A stretch of 30,043 bases of DNA from a virus (Duplodnaviria > Caudoviricetes). Shown piece by piece: positions 1 to 9,004 of this stretch (position 1 is its first letter; every line of letters starts with the position of its first letter). Under the pieces are notes generated by a model that had not been told where the DNA came from, did no database searches, and saw nothing but the letters and a program-made list of their open reading frames with translations. Position numbers and translations under genes: made by a program. Location: positions 1-30,043 of IMG/VR virus record IMGVR_UViG_3300043414_000885; one strand, given 5' to 3'.

Positions 1-13
1 AGCAGTTTCTTCC

Positions 14-82
14 ACGTACGTTTCCCCGACTTCTGTACGGATGGGGGCTTATGTACGTTTCCCCAGGTAGATGTACGTTTCC
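14..82. repeat. Three direct copies of GTACGTTTCC upstream of terS (candidate terminase-binding/cos-proximal sites)
   Basis: GTACGTTTCC at 16-25, 53-62 and 73-82, plus a partial TGTACGG at 34-40; non-coding and directly upstream of terS. Function is inferred. Confidence 0.6.
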
Positions 83-102
83 GAGCCAGGAAGAGTGGTG
101 CG

Positions 103-546
103 ATGCCGCCTCTGCCGAAGAATCCGAGCACTCGTGCTCGCCGCAACAAGGTGGCCGGCGCCCGGCAGCTGACCACGGCACACGACGTCGAGGTGCCCGA
201 GCTGCCGGATCTCGATGATGTCTATTGGCATCCGCTGACCCGGTCGTGGTGGGCTGACATCTGGGCGTCCCCGATGGCGCCGGAGTTCGACGGCAGCGAC
301 GTTCACGGGCTGTTCGTGATGGCGATGCTCGTGAATGCGTTCTGGAACGAACCGTCGCAGGGGCTCGCAGCCGAGATCAGGTTGCAGCGCCAATGCTTCG
401 GCTTGACGCCGATCGATCGGCGACGGTTGCAATGGGAGATAGACCGCGGGGAAGCCGCGGAACGGGCGACGACCGAGCGTCGTGCCCAGGTCCGGCCGAA
501 GTCGGCGCCGAAAGGTAAGTCGGACCCTCGTTCGCTGCTCGCGTAG
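103..546 (+). CDS. terS: Terminase small subunit
   Basis: Starts MPPLPKNP..RARRN; W..IWASPMA..F and FGLTPIDRRRLQW motifs typical of actinophage TerS; stop overlaps the terL start. Confidence 0.88.
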   Translation: MPPLPKNPSTRARRNKVAGARQLTTAHDVEVPELPDLDDVYWHPLTRSWWADIWASPMAPEFDGSDVHGLFVMAMLVNAFWNEPSQGLAAEIRLQRQCFGLTPIDRRRLQWEIDRGEAAERATTERRAQVRPKSAPKGKSDPRSLLA

Positions 547-2192
547 TGGCGCTGCTGATCACGCCACCGATCGACGATCGCCCGTGGCCGACGCTCGGTC
601 CCGAGTTGTGTGACTGGATCGAAGCGAACCTGGTCTACGGGCCCGGCCCGTTACGTGGCCAGCCGTATGTGATCGAGCCGGAGTTCCGTGCAGAGATCTA
701 CAGGGCGTACGAGGTGTTCCCACGTGGGCATGTTCGTGCCGGCCGCCGCCGATTCAAGCGGGTCGCGTTGGAGAAGCGCAAGGGCACGGCAAAAACGGAG
801 AAGGCGGCGATCCTCGCCGCTGGTGAAGCTCATCGAGATGCACCAGTGCGCTGTGATGGGTGGCGCCGCCAGGGCAGCATCTGGGTGCCCATTGGGCGAG
901 GGGTCGCTGACCCGTATATCCCGATGTTTGCCTACACCGAAGAGCAGGGTGAGGACCTGGCCTACGGTGTGCTGAGAGCGATCCTGGCTGAGTCCGAGAT
1001 CGCTGGCGATTTCGACATCGGTCTGGACCGCATTCTTGTGCTCGATGGTCGTGGCCGTGAGGCTGGCAAGATCGCAGCGCTGGCCGGATCACCGAACGCC
1101 CGTGACGGTGCCCGCACATCGTGGCAGCATTTCGATGAGACGCACCGCATGTTCTCGCCCCGGCTCCGTAAGGCGCACACCACGGCGCTGCAGAACCTGT
1201 TCAAGCGTGTCGACGCTGATGCCTGGACGCTCGAAACGACGACAGCCGGTGAACTGGGGGAGCGTTCGCTCGCTCAGGACACTCGGGAGTATGCCGAGCT
1301 GATCCGGGCCGGGAAGGTCACCGACTCGCAGCTGTTCTACGCAGCCCGGTTCGCACCCGATGACATGCCGCTCGACACGGTCGACGACGTCCGCGCAGCG
1401 CTTGCCGAGGCCACCGGGCCGGCCACATGGTCGGGTGACATGGAACCGTTGCTGGCGCACTGGTTCGAGCCGAAGTGCGACCGGAACTACTACCGCCGGG
1501 TCTGGCTGAACCAGTGGGTCAAGGGCGGCGCGAAAGCATTCGATCCGAAGCTCTGGGAACAGCTCGTGCATCCATCGATGCAAGAGATCGCCGATGGGGA
1601 ACTGATCACGCTCGGGTTCGACGGTGCCCGTCGCCGCGACTCGACCGGGCTGATCGCTACCCATGTCGAGTCCGGGTTCCAGCAGGTCGTCGGCCTGTGG
1701 GATCGTCCGGTCGACGCCGATGACGACTGGGAGGTCCCCGCCGCCCAGGTCGATCTCGCTATCGAGGCGGCGTTCGCCCGGTGGAACGTGTGGCGGCTCT
1801 ACGCAGACCCGCCGTACTGGGATGAATGGGTCGATGCCTGGGAGGGCCGCTACCCGACCCGGGTGCAGCGGTGGTGGACGAACCGGCCGAAACCAATGGC
1901 CTACGCCCTGCAGACGTTCGCTCTGGCCCAGCAAGACCGGGTGCTGTCACACAACGGCGACGACCGATATGCGGCGCACATCGCGAACGCTGTGAGGGAC
2001 ACGATCCATGTCCGCACGCCTGAGGACGAGCCGCTGTGGGTGGTCAAGAAGGAAAGGCCCGATTCGCCGCAAAAGATCGACCTGGTGATGGCGGGATGTC
2101 TGTCGTGGGAGGCGCGTGGCGATGCCATCGCAGCCGGAGTGAACGTGCCGCCTCCTCCGCAGAGGTCGCGGCGTCTGCAGTCGAGGTGGTGA
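546..2192 (+). CDS. terL: Terminase large subunit
   Basis: Walker A-like KRKGTAKT, Walker B HFDETH, coupling motif TTA, nuclease motifs LGFDGA..RDST, ADPPYW and KIDLVMA. Confidence 0.96.
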   Translation: MALLITPPIDDRPWPTLGPELCDWIEANLVYGPGPLRGQPYVIEPEFRAEIYRAYEVFPRGHVRAGRRRFKRVALEKRKGTAKTEKAAILAAGEAHRDAPVRCDGWRRQGSIWVPIGRGVADPYIPMFAYTEEQGEDLAYGVLRAILAESEIAGDFDIGLDRILVLDGRGREAGKIAALAGSPNARDGARTSWQHFDETHRMFSPRLRKAHTTALQNLFKRVDADAWTLETTTAGELGERSLAQDTREYAELIRAGKVTDSQLFYAARFAPDDMPLDTVDDVRAALAEATGPATWSGDMEPLLAHWFEPKCDRNYYRRVWLNQWVKGGAKAFDPKLWEQLVHPSMQEIADGELITLGFDGARRRDSTGLIATHVESGFQQVVGLWDRPVDADDDWEVPAAQVDLAIEAAFARWNVWRLYADPPYWDEWVDAWEGRYPTRVQRWWTNRPKPMAYALQTFALAQQDRVLSHNGDDRYAAHIANAVRDTIHVRTPEDEPLWVVKKERPDSPQKIDLVMAGCLSWEARGDAIAAGVNVPPPPQRSRRLQSRW

Positions 2193-2195
2193 GTG

Positions 2196-3587
2196 ATGGC
2201 CGAACCGTATTCTCCTGAGTGGTGGGCTGATCGCCTGACCCGCCAGCTCGCCGGCCAGCGGTCACGCATCGAGCGGCTTGAGCGGTACTACGCCGGCCGC
2301 ACCCCACTCGCGTATGCGACATCCCGGTTCCGTCAGGAGTTCGGGCAGCTGCTGTCAGCGATCAACGACAACTGGTGTCAGCTCGTGGTGTCCGCTGTCG
2401 AGGAACGACTGGACGTGACCGGATTCCGCCTGGGTGACGATGAGTCTGCTGACCGTGAGGCGTGGGCGATCTGGTCGGCGAACAACATGGCCGAGGATTC
2501 CCAGGTCGGTCACACCGAAGCACTCAAGGTCGGCGAAGCTCACGCGATCGTGTGGCGCCCCGATCCGGACCGGGCCCCGGTGATCACGATCGAGCATCCA
2601 CTCCATGTGTGTGTCGAGCTGGACCCGGAGAACCGGTCACGACGTCTGGCGGCCGTCAAGGCATGGCGCGATGAACGTCTCGGTCATGTCTGCACGGTCT
2701 ACCTGCCCGATGGGATCTACAAGTTCCGGCGCGGCCGTAAAGGCTGGGAACCGCGTCTGGTCGACGGTGAGCCGTGGCCCGTCGAGAATCCGTGGGGTGT
2801 CGTCCCGGTCGTTCCGCTGTTCAACCGGCCCGGCCTGCTCGAGCAGTCGGCCTCCGAGATCGAGAACATCCTCTCGAAGCAGGACATGATCAACAAGCTG
2901 CTGGCTGACATGATCGTCGCCGCCGAGTACGGCGCGTTTCGTCAGCGATGGGCGACCGGCGTCGAGATCCCTGAGGACTCAGACGGGGACGGCCAACCGT
3001 CGGAGCAGTTCATCTCGGCTGTCAACCGGCTGTGGGCGGTCGGGGCTCCCGACGCCAAGTTCGGCGAGTTCGGCCAGACCGACCTGGACAGCTACACCAA
3101 AGCGATCGTCATGCTGGTGCAGCACATCGCGTCGCAGACAGCGACCCCGCCGCACTATCTGCTGAACTCGGGCGTGATGCCATCCGGCGAGTCGCTCCGG
3201 GCCGCTGAGGCACCACTCGTCGCCAAAGCCCGTCGGAAACAGCGGGTGTTCGGCGCGTCATGGTCCGAGGTGATGCGCCTAGCGCTGCTGATGCAGGGCC
3301 GGGAACTGCCGGTCGGGACCACGATCTCGACGGTGTGGGCAGACCCGGAATCTCGCACCGAGTCCGAACACGTCGATGCCGTGATGAAGATGAAGAGCCT
3401 CGATGTCCCGGTGCAGCAACTCTGGGAGCTGCTCGGGTTCACGCCGCAACAGATCGAGCGGTTCAAGTTGATGCGCGTCGATGACGCGTTGCAGCAGCTG
3501 CTGGCATCACCGGCAGTGACCCCGGGCGGATCGGGTGTGGCATCCGCCGCCGGCGGTGTCCAGGAGCAGCCAGCTCAGGTCCTGTGA
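2196..3587 (+). CDS. Portal protein (SPP1 gp6-like)
   Basis: Follows terL; YYAG, NWCQLVV..VEERL.V.GF, VPVVP..NRP, SGESLRAAE.PL..K motifs. ATG at 2196 (GTG at 2193 is an alternative start). Confidence 0.93.
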   Translation: MAEPYSPEWWADRLTRQLAGQRSRIERLERYYAGRTPLAYATSRFRQEFGQLLSAINDNWCQLVVSAVEERLDVTGFRLGDDESADREAWAIWSANNMAEDSQVGHTEALKVGEAHAIVWRPDPDRAPVITIEHPLHVCVELDPENRSRRLAAVKAWRDERLGHVCTVYLPDGIYKFRRGRKGWEPRLVDGEPWPVENPWGVVPVVPLFNRPGLLEQSASEIENILSKQDMINKLLADMIVAAEYGAFRQRWATGVEIPEDSDGDGQPSEQFISAVNRLWAVGAPDAKFGEFGQTDLDSYTKAIVMLVQHIASQTATPPHYLLNSGVMPSGESLRAAEAPLVAKARRKQRVFGASWSEVMRLALLMQGRELPVGTTISTVWADPESRTESEHVDAVMKMKSLDVPVQQLWELLGFTPQQIERFKLMRVDDALQQLLASPAVTPGGSGVASAAGGVQEQPAQVL

Positions 3588-4570
3588 TGCAGGCCACGGA
3601 AGAGCAGCTCGTCGCTCTTGCCCGCCGCCATCAGGGGCAGCTCTTAGCGATCCGTGATCGGACAATCATCACGCTCGACCGGTTATGGGCTGCGCTGGTC
3701 ACGGACCCGACCTCGCTGACCGAAGCCCGCTTCGCCGCAGCTGCCGCACCGATCTTGAATGGTGCAGTGTCAAGCGCCGCTGCCGCAGCGACGACCTACA
3801 CGGCGATGTACGTCGGTGCCGCCACCGGCACCGCTGCAGTCCCAGGGACCTTCACACCGGAAGCGTTCCTGACACCAAGAGGGCTTCTCGCGGTAGATGT
3901 GCTCGCCAAGCCGATCGTCACGATGCGCACCGCGTTGGCTGCCGGCCGACCGTTCCCCGTTGCTCGTGACCTTGGACGGCGACGCCTCGAGCAGATCGCA
4001 TCAACCGATCCGATGCTCGCCGCCCGGGCAGCGACCTCGACAGCGATGCAAGCCGAACCGCGAGTCGTCGGCTACCGGCGGTTGCCGGACAGCTCCGCCT
4101 GCTCGTTTTGTCTGCTGGCTGCAACCCAGCGCTATCACGTCACCGACCTGATGCCGCTCCACACCAGGTGCGGATGCACGACCGCCCCGATCATCGGCAC
4201 GAAAGACCCAGGCCAGGTGATCGATCGGACCACGTTGGCCCGACTCAAGGCCGACGGGGTCATTGACGAAATATCGCTCCGACGCTATATCGCTGACACC
4301 GGTGATGTGGTCCAGACCTATCAGGCCAAGGCCGTGCACTGGGCCGAGCAGGCTCGCACCACCACCGACCAGATCGCCGAGACCCGCTACGCCAAGCGTG
4401 CAGATGAGTGGGCAGCCAAAGCCGACCGACGGTCCGCCCAGCTCGATCGTGCCCGTGGGCAACTCCGTGCCGTGCAATCAGGCCGACTTGAGCGGCTCAC
4501 CGCGGTGCACGACCATGGCGAACTCGGCCCGGTGCTGTATCCGGCCGGAACCCATTTCGAGGCCCTGTGA
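3584..4570 (+). CDS. MuF-like minor head protein
   Basis: Position after portal; GYRR..ACSFC..(A)TQRY and PLHTRCGC Cys/His motifs; ends HGELGPVL as in actinophage homologues. Confidence 0.8.
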   Translation: MMQATEEQLVALARRHQGQLLAIRDRTIITLDRLWAALVTDPTSLTEARFAAAAAPILNGAVSSAAAAATTYTAMYVGAATGTAAVPGTFTPEAFLTPRGLLAVDVLAKPIVTMRTALAAGRPFPVARDLGRRRLEQIASTDPMLAARAATSTAMQAEPRVVGYRRLPDSSACSFCLLAATQRYHVTDLMPLHTRCGCTTAPIIGTKDPGQVIDRTTLARLKADGVIDEISLRRYIADTGDVVQTYQAKAVHWAEQARTTTDQIAETRYAKRADEWAAKADRRSAQLDRARGQLRAVQSGRLERLTAVHDHGELGPVLYPAGTHFEAL

Positions 4571-4626
4571 CGCCTCACATGATGTCGCCGCCGCGATGGC
4601 AGCGCTCACCACAGAAAGGTGCTGCG

Positions 4627-5256
4627 ATGGCACCCACACGCCACACCCAAATCATCAAGTGCATGTTCCGACACCAGGACGACGATTCCAGCGGCGACAC
4701 CGGTGACAGCAGCGGGGATCTCGGCGCCGCCGGGAAAGCTGCGCTCGACGCTGAGCGCCGGGCCCGTAAGGATGCCGAGCGAGCGGCCAAAGCCGCGACG
4801 GATGAAGCAGCCCGCACCAAATCTGAGCTGGAAGCGCTCCGGGTTCAATCGATGACCGCCGACGAAAAGGCGTTCAATGAGCGCATCGCTGCCCGTGAGG
4901 CGGAAATCCGCACCGAGGTCGAAGCCAACGCCGCGAGCCGGATCGCCGCGGCGGAACGCCAGATGCTGTCCGCCCGAGTGCTCGCCAAAGCTGCAGGCCG
5001 ACTCGCCAACCCGGCTGACGCTGCAGCATTCCTCGATCTCGACAGCCTGGAGCGCGATGCTCAGGGGGCTGTCACCGACGACACCGTCCAGGCGGTCGTC
5101 GATGGGCTGTTGAAAGAGCGGCCCTACCTCGCTGCGAAGGCGGGAAACACAGGCTCTGCCGATCAGGGTTCGAGGCGCGACGCCCCAGCCGATCTGCGGG
5201 ACCGCAAGCAGTTGGAATCTGAGCTCGCCAAGTTCGGCGTCCGTCCCCGCGCATGA
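4627..5256 (+). CDS. Capsid scaffolding protein with N-terminal RH-terminated leader
   Basis: AGAAAGGT SD before ATG 4627; acidic linker, LG.AGK.AL.AER..RK coiled coil, LANPADA..FLD and LL..RPYL motifs. Confidence 0.88.
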   Translation: MAPTRHTQIIKCMFRHQDDDSSGDTGDSSGDLGAAGKAALDAERRARKDAERAAKAATDEAARTKSELEALRVQSMTADEKAFNERIAAREAEIRTEVEANAASRIAAAERQMLSARVLAKAAGRLANPADAAAFLDLDSLERDAQGAVTDDTVQAVVDGLLKERPYLAAKAGNTGSADQGSRRDAPADLRDRKQLESELAKFGVRPRA

Positions 5257-5441
5257 TTCGGGCGTCGGTTGTCGAGAGCCACGGAGTCTGGCTGCTGAGA
5301 ATCGCCGGGCACGCCGATCCGTCGGTGTGCGCAGCGGTCACCGCTGTGGAGCAGTCCATGGCGATCTGGCTTGAGCAGCTCGCCGAGCTGCAGCCGGAGC
5401 ACATCACCTTCACCTACTCGCAGGAGACATCACCATCATGA
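5253..5441 (+). CDS. prp: Minimal Prp-like (phage-related ribosomal protease, peptidase C108) cysteine protease
   Basis: IAGHA(H20)..VC(26)AAVTA catalytic signature and C-terminal LEQLAELQPEHITF resembling the Prp L..ia..YP..I tail; ATGA overlaps with both neighbours. Confidence 0.75.
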   Translation: MIRASVVESHGVWLLRIAGHADPSVCAAVTAVEQSMAIWLEQLAELQPEHITFTYSQETSPS

Positions 5442-6757
5442 ACACCACCATCATTCGCCGCACTGCTGTGCGTGCCAGTTTCGACCGTCACGCAGTCAAC
5501 ACGCTGCTGCCGGCCGCTATCCGGGCCATCATCCAGGACGGCCTGCTCGAGGCAGCGTTCGACAATGCGTTGATCCCCGACTTCCTGTTCCCGCGAGCTG
5601 CCGATCTCGAGCAGGTCCCGGGCCAGAAGGGTCAGCGTGTCACCCGGACCCGCACCGGTCTGCTCACCCCGCAGACGACCGCTCTGACCGGCGACATCGC
5701 ATCGGCTGACAGCTACTCGGTCGAGCAGTTCTCCGGCGTGCTCGACCAGTACGGCAACTCGATCGACACGAACATGTTGGGGTCGAGCGTCGCTCAGGCC
5801 TCAAAGTTCGTGCAGGACGTGCAGACGCTCGGCATCAACGCCGGCCAGTCCCTGAACCGGATCGCCCGCAACCGGCTGTACGCCGCGTACGCCGGCGGCC
5901 GCACCTGGGTCCGGACCGCTGATGGCGCTTCGAACACCACGGTCGATGTGCAGACCGTGGACGGGTTCGGCACCGTTCTCGTCAACGGTGTCCCGACCGC
6001 CGTCTCGGCGTCGAACCCGCTGACGATCACGATCGCCGGTGTCGCGAATACCGTGACCGGTGTCGATACAACGAACCGCCGTCTGACGCTCGGCACGGCC
6101 AGCGTCGACACGCTCGGTGCAGCGATCATCGCGGCGAACGCCCCGACGTCGATCCGCCCGAACGCCCGGGCCAGCGCTTACAACCTCATCAGCACGGACA
6201 CCGCCACGGTCGGCTTGTTCTTCGACGCCGTCGCCCGGCTTCGTAACATGAACGTGCCGCCGTTGCCGTCGGGTAACTATCAGGCACACGTCGACCCGTT
6301 CACGATGCGTCAGCTGCTCTCGGACACCGAGTTCCGCCAGGCGTTCCAGTCGCAGGGTCCGTCGGACACCTACGCCAACGGTCGCCTGACCATCTTCGGC
6401 GGCGTCGAGTTCCTACTCAACAACGAGGTCCCGACCGTGACTGGTGACTCGATGACGGTGACGCTCGCCCGCCGCCCGATCGTGTTGGGTGGCGGTTCGC
6501 TGATCGCGATGCCGCTGGAGTCGCAGGGCATGATGCTCGACGGCACCGGGGTGCAGGACGTGCCCGGCATCAGCGTCATCGACGCCGGAACCTCCGGGAT
6601 CCAGGTCGCACTCATCGTGCGTCCCCCGCAGGACCGCCTGCAGCAGGTCGTGTCGAGTTCGTGGGCGTGGACCGGCGACTTCGCTGTCCCGACCGACTCG
6701 CTCGCCAACAGCGACGCTGCGCTGGTGAAGCGCGCCGTCGTGATCGAGCACGCCTGA
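5438..6757 (+). CDS. Major capsid protein (HK97 fold inferred) with N-terminal leader and beta-rich insertion
   Basis: 439 aa after scaffold; strongly biased codons; CAGGAG SD; Y.AHVDP...QL, G.L..FGGVEF and terminal RAVVIEHA are typical capsid elements. Confidence 0.9.
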   Translation: MNTTIIRRTAVRASFDRHAVNTLLPAAIRAIIQDGLLEAAFDNALIPDFLFPRAADLEQVPGQKGQRVTRTRTGLLTPQTTALTGDIASADSYSVEQFSGVLDQYGNSIDTNMLGSSVAQASKFVQDVQTLGINAGQSLNRIARNRLYAAYAGGRTWVRTADGASNTTVDVQTVDGFGTVLVNGVPTAVSASNPLTITIAGVANTVTGVDTTNRRLTLGTASVDTLGAAIIAANAPTSIRPNARASAYNLISTDTATVGLFFDAVARLRNMNVPPLPSGNYQAHVDPFTMRQLLSDTEFRQAFQSQGPSDTYANGRLTIFGGVEFLLNNEVPTVTGDSMTVTLARRPIVLGGGSLIAMPLESQGMMLDGTGVQDVPGISVIDAGTSGIQVALIVRPPQDRLQQVVSSSWAWTGDFAVPTDSLANSDAALVKRAVVIEHA

Positions 6758-6768
6758 CCCACCCGTTC

Positions 6769-6802
6769 GTGCCGGCCCTCGTCTCCAGGCGGGGGTCGGC
6801 AC
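6769..6802 (+). terminator. GC-rich hairpin after the capsid gene (attenuator or mRNA stabiliser)
   Basis: GTGCCGGCCCTCGTC-TCCA-GGCGGGGGTCGGCAC forms a 15-bp stem including G-U pairs; no U tract. Confidence 0.5.
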
Positions 6803-6825
6803 ACCTCGACCCGAAGGAGGTCACA

Positions 6826-7116
6826 ATGGCCAGGAAAGTCATGACAGAGGATCCCAGCGCAGTGGATCCAGCAGTCACCGAGGTCGCCGAGGTCGCCACG
6901 ACGCCCGAAGAGGTCGTCGAGGTCGCCGAGGTCGCCACGACGCCCGAAGAGGTCGCCGAGGTACCCGCCCCGGAGCCCGGGAAGCAGTATGTCGCTCGTG
7001 TGGCGTTCTCGGCGATGGTCGGTTCGCAGCTGTGCACGTTTGCTGCCGGGACCGAGATCGACGCTATGGCTGGCGCTTTGCTGGCTCATGGCGGCGCCCC
7101 GATCGACGTGGTGTGA
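6826..7116 (+). CDS. Small acidic head-associated hypothetical protein
   Basis: AAGGAGG SD then ATG 6826; MARKVMTEDP..., Glu/Val/Ala repeats; lies immediately after the capsid gene. Confidence 0.8.
   Translation: MARKVMTEDPSAVDPAVTEVAEVATTPEEVVEVAEVATTPEEVAEVPAPEPGKQYVARVAFSAMVGSQLCTFAAGTEIDAMAGALLAHGGAPIDVV
6879..6960 (+). repeat. 39-bp in-frame tandem duplication (EVAEVATTPEEV-x twice)
   Basis: CGAGGTCGCCGAGGTCGCCACGACGCCCGAAGAGGTCG at 6879 and again at 6918. Confidence 0.9.
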
Positions 7117-7119
7117 CCA

Positions 7120-7857
7120 GTGGGGCAGACGCTCGTGGCGTGGACCTCGCGCACGCAGCTGCTGCTGCGTGACAGCGGGGCCATCGATGTGGACGCCACG
7201 CTGGTGGCAGAGGTCGGTGTCAAGCCGGCCATCGCCCAGTTCTCCATCGATCGACCGCGGATGGCCGCTGTCGATGTCACAGCGTCTGCCCGTTTTCTGC
7301 CATTCCCGACCGAGGCTCAGGGCTGGATCGAGGGGTTCTCGACCGTGCAGCGGATCGAGGCCCCGGCCGGGCTCGCTGACCCTCGTCCGCTCGCCGACGG
7401 TGACTGGTCAGCGACACGCGATCCGGCGAACGCAGCGGTCGCCAGGATCCTGATCGCTGCTGGTGTGGCTGGCGAGACATGCCGGATCATGTTCACATCG
7501 GCATGGCCGACGCCGACGGCGACAGCAGCCGATGACCTGATCGGATCGATCGGGTTCAACGCCGTCACATCGCTCGCCGCTGCGATGGTCCTGACGGCTC
7601 TGTCCGCCGAAGCAGCACGGGACCGTCAGGGGGCAATGCCCACTGATTTCGTGTCAGGGTCTGATCGGGCCCGCATGTTCTTGGATGCTGCCGCAGCCCA
7701 GCGGGTCATCTATCACACGTTCATCGGTCTCGGGTCGGTCTCTCCGGGGCAGCAGTCAGGGTCCCGGCAGGTGCGGTCCGCTCCGATGGGCAGCGCAGCG
7801 AAGCGGCTGGCCAGCACGGCATCAGCGACCGACCCTCGAGGTGTTCCGTGGACGTAA
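7120..7857 (+). CDS. Putative head-to-tail adaptor
   Basis: Synteny between capsid and tail tube; 245 aa with coding-like GC3. No diagnostic motif recognised. Confidence 0.55.
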   Translation: MGQTLVAWTSRTQLLLRDSGAIDVDATLVAEVGVKPAIAQFSIDRPRMAAVDVTASARFLPFPTEAQGWIEGFSTVQRIEAPAGLADPRPLADGDWSATRDPANAAVARILIAAGVAGETCRIMFTSAWPTPTATAADDLIGSIGFNAVTSLAAAMVLTALSAEAARDRQGAMPTDFVSGSDRARMFLDAAAAQRVIYHTFIGLGSVSPGQQSGSRQVRSAPMGSAAKRLASTASATDPRGVPWT

Positions 7858-8312
7858 AGATTGTGGTGTCCCCCGCATTGCATCGGGCATTGGAGCAGTC
7901 TCTCCACCGGTGCGAGCAGATGGCGCATGACGGTCTGCTCGAGATGGGCAGCGAATGGTTGCGTCACGCCCAACAGGGGGCACGCACAGCCGATTACGCA
8001 GCGTCGATGGCAGTGTCAGACCTGGGGGTCGGCCAGTCCGTCCTGGTCGGCTCGAAGTCGCCGCTCGGCGCGATCCTCGAACGCGGCCGTCACCCAGGCG
8101 CACCGCCACCGGTGCGGTCAATCCAGAAACGGTCTACCAGCGGGCATGATGCTGCCAAGGCCGCAAAAACGGTCGGTGAGCGCGGTACCCGTGGCCGATG
8201 GGTGGTCCGCAAAGCACGCCAGGCTGTCTACGACTCGGGGGCGCAACAGGACATCGCCCGCCGGACGTTGAAGCGCATCACCGAACTCGGTGGCGGCGAT
8301 GGCATCGGCTGA
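7848..8312 (+). CDS. Putative neck / HK97 gp10-like tail completion protein
   Basis: RTADYAAS..V, VGS.SP.GAILERGR.PG..PP and IG/VG.RGT motifs reminiscent of HK97 gp10-like proteins; synteny. Confidence 0.65.
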   Translation: MDVKIVVSPALHRALEQSLHRCEQMAHDGLLEMGSEWLRHAQQGARTADYAASMAVSDLGVGQSVLVGSKSPLGAILERGRHPGAPPPVRSIQKRSTSGHDAAKAAKTVGERGTRGRWVVRKARQAVYDSGAQQDIARRTLKRITELGGGDGIG

Positions 8313-8772
8313 TGTCTCGGCGGTCACCGCCCGGATCGTGACCCGGATCCAGTCCGTGTCCGATGTCGGGCTGGTCTGGGAACATGATGTGTTCTCGCGT
8401 CGGGATCTCCGGCAGATGCTGGTGTCAACCATTGCCGGATCGGCCACGCTGCGCGCCTGGTGGATCACCGGCCCGACGATGTCGGCCCGCAAGCTGGTGC
8501 AACGCCCCGGCGGAAGCATCGAGCGTGTGTGGCGTTACAGCATCCACGGGGTGGCAGGTCTCAGCGATGACGGGGATTCGGTCCTGACGCTGCGCAACCT
8601 GGCGGTGTCGGTCTGCGATGCCATCGATCTCGATGAGACGCTCGGCGGTGCGGCGATCCGCACCGCGCCGTGTGAGTGGGCGATCGCCCCAGAGAACCGG
8701 GCTGCGTTCGCCGGTATCGGCGCCAGCTATGTCGCCATCACTAAGACCGTGACCACGGTCTCGACCCCGTAG
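8299..8772 (+). CDS. Putative tail terminator
   Basis: About 157 aa upstream of the tail tube; I..D.TLGG motif common in tail terminators. Confidence 0.65.
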   Translation: MASADVSAVTARIVTRIQSVSDVGLVWEHDVFSRRDLRQMLVSTIAGSATLRAWWITGPTMSARKLVQRPGGSIERVWRYSIHGVAGLSDDGDSVLTLRNLAVSVCDAIDLDETLGGAAIRTAPCEWAIAPENRAAFAGIGASYVAITKTVTTVSTP

Positions 8773-8780
8773 GAGTGCAC

Positions 8781-9002
8781 GTGCCGAAGCAAGCAGCAGA
8801 ACCACCGATCGCCGGGCCCCGTCGTGCCCGATGGGTCGACGTACAGACCGTCTTTGTGCCCGATCAGGGCATCGTCGCGTATGGCGACGAGATCTGGGTG
8901 TCGAGCGAGCAGCTCGAAGCACCTGAACACCCCACAGTCCCGTGGTCCGATGATTGGGCGGCGGACACGGCAATCGCGGCGCAGGCCGCACAGGAGGGAT
9001 GA
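8781..9002 (+). CDS. Small hypothetical protein
   Basis: AGGAG SD at 8771-8775, GTG 8781; fills the gap before the tail tube. Confidence 0.65.
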   Translation: MPKQAAEPPIAGPRRARWVDVQTVFVPDQGIVAYGDEIWVSSEQLEAPEHPTVPWSDDWAADTAIAAQAAQEG

Positions 9003-9004
9003 CC

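Noticed and set aside
3584-4570. Capsid maturation protease call for the post-portal gene
   Set aside because: No HK97-type or ClpP-type catalytic motif was recognised; the Cys/His motifs fit MuF-like proteins, and a better protease candidate lies at 5253-5441.
6879-6960. CRISPR-like array (also considered for 14-82, 18850-19149 and 29539-29668)
   Set aside because: The repeats are short or tandem without unique 30-40 bp spacers, and there are no cas genes.
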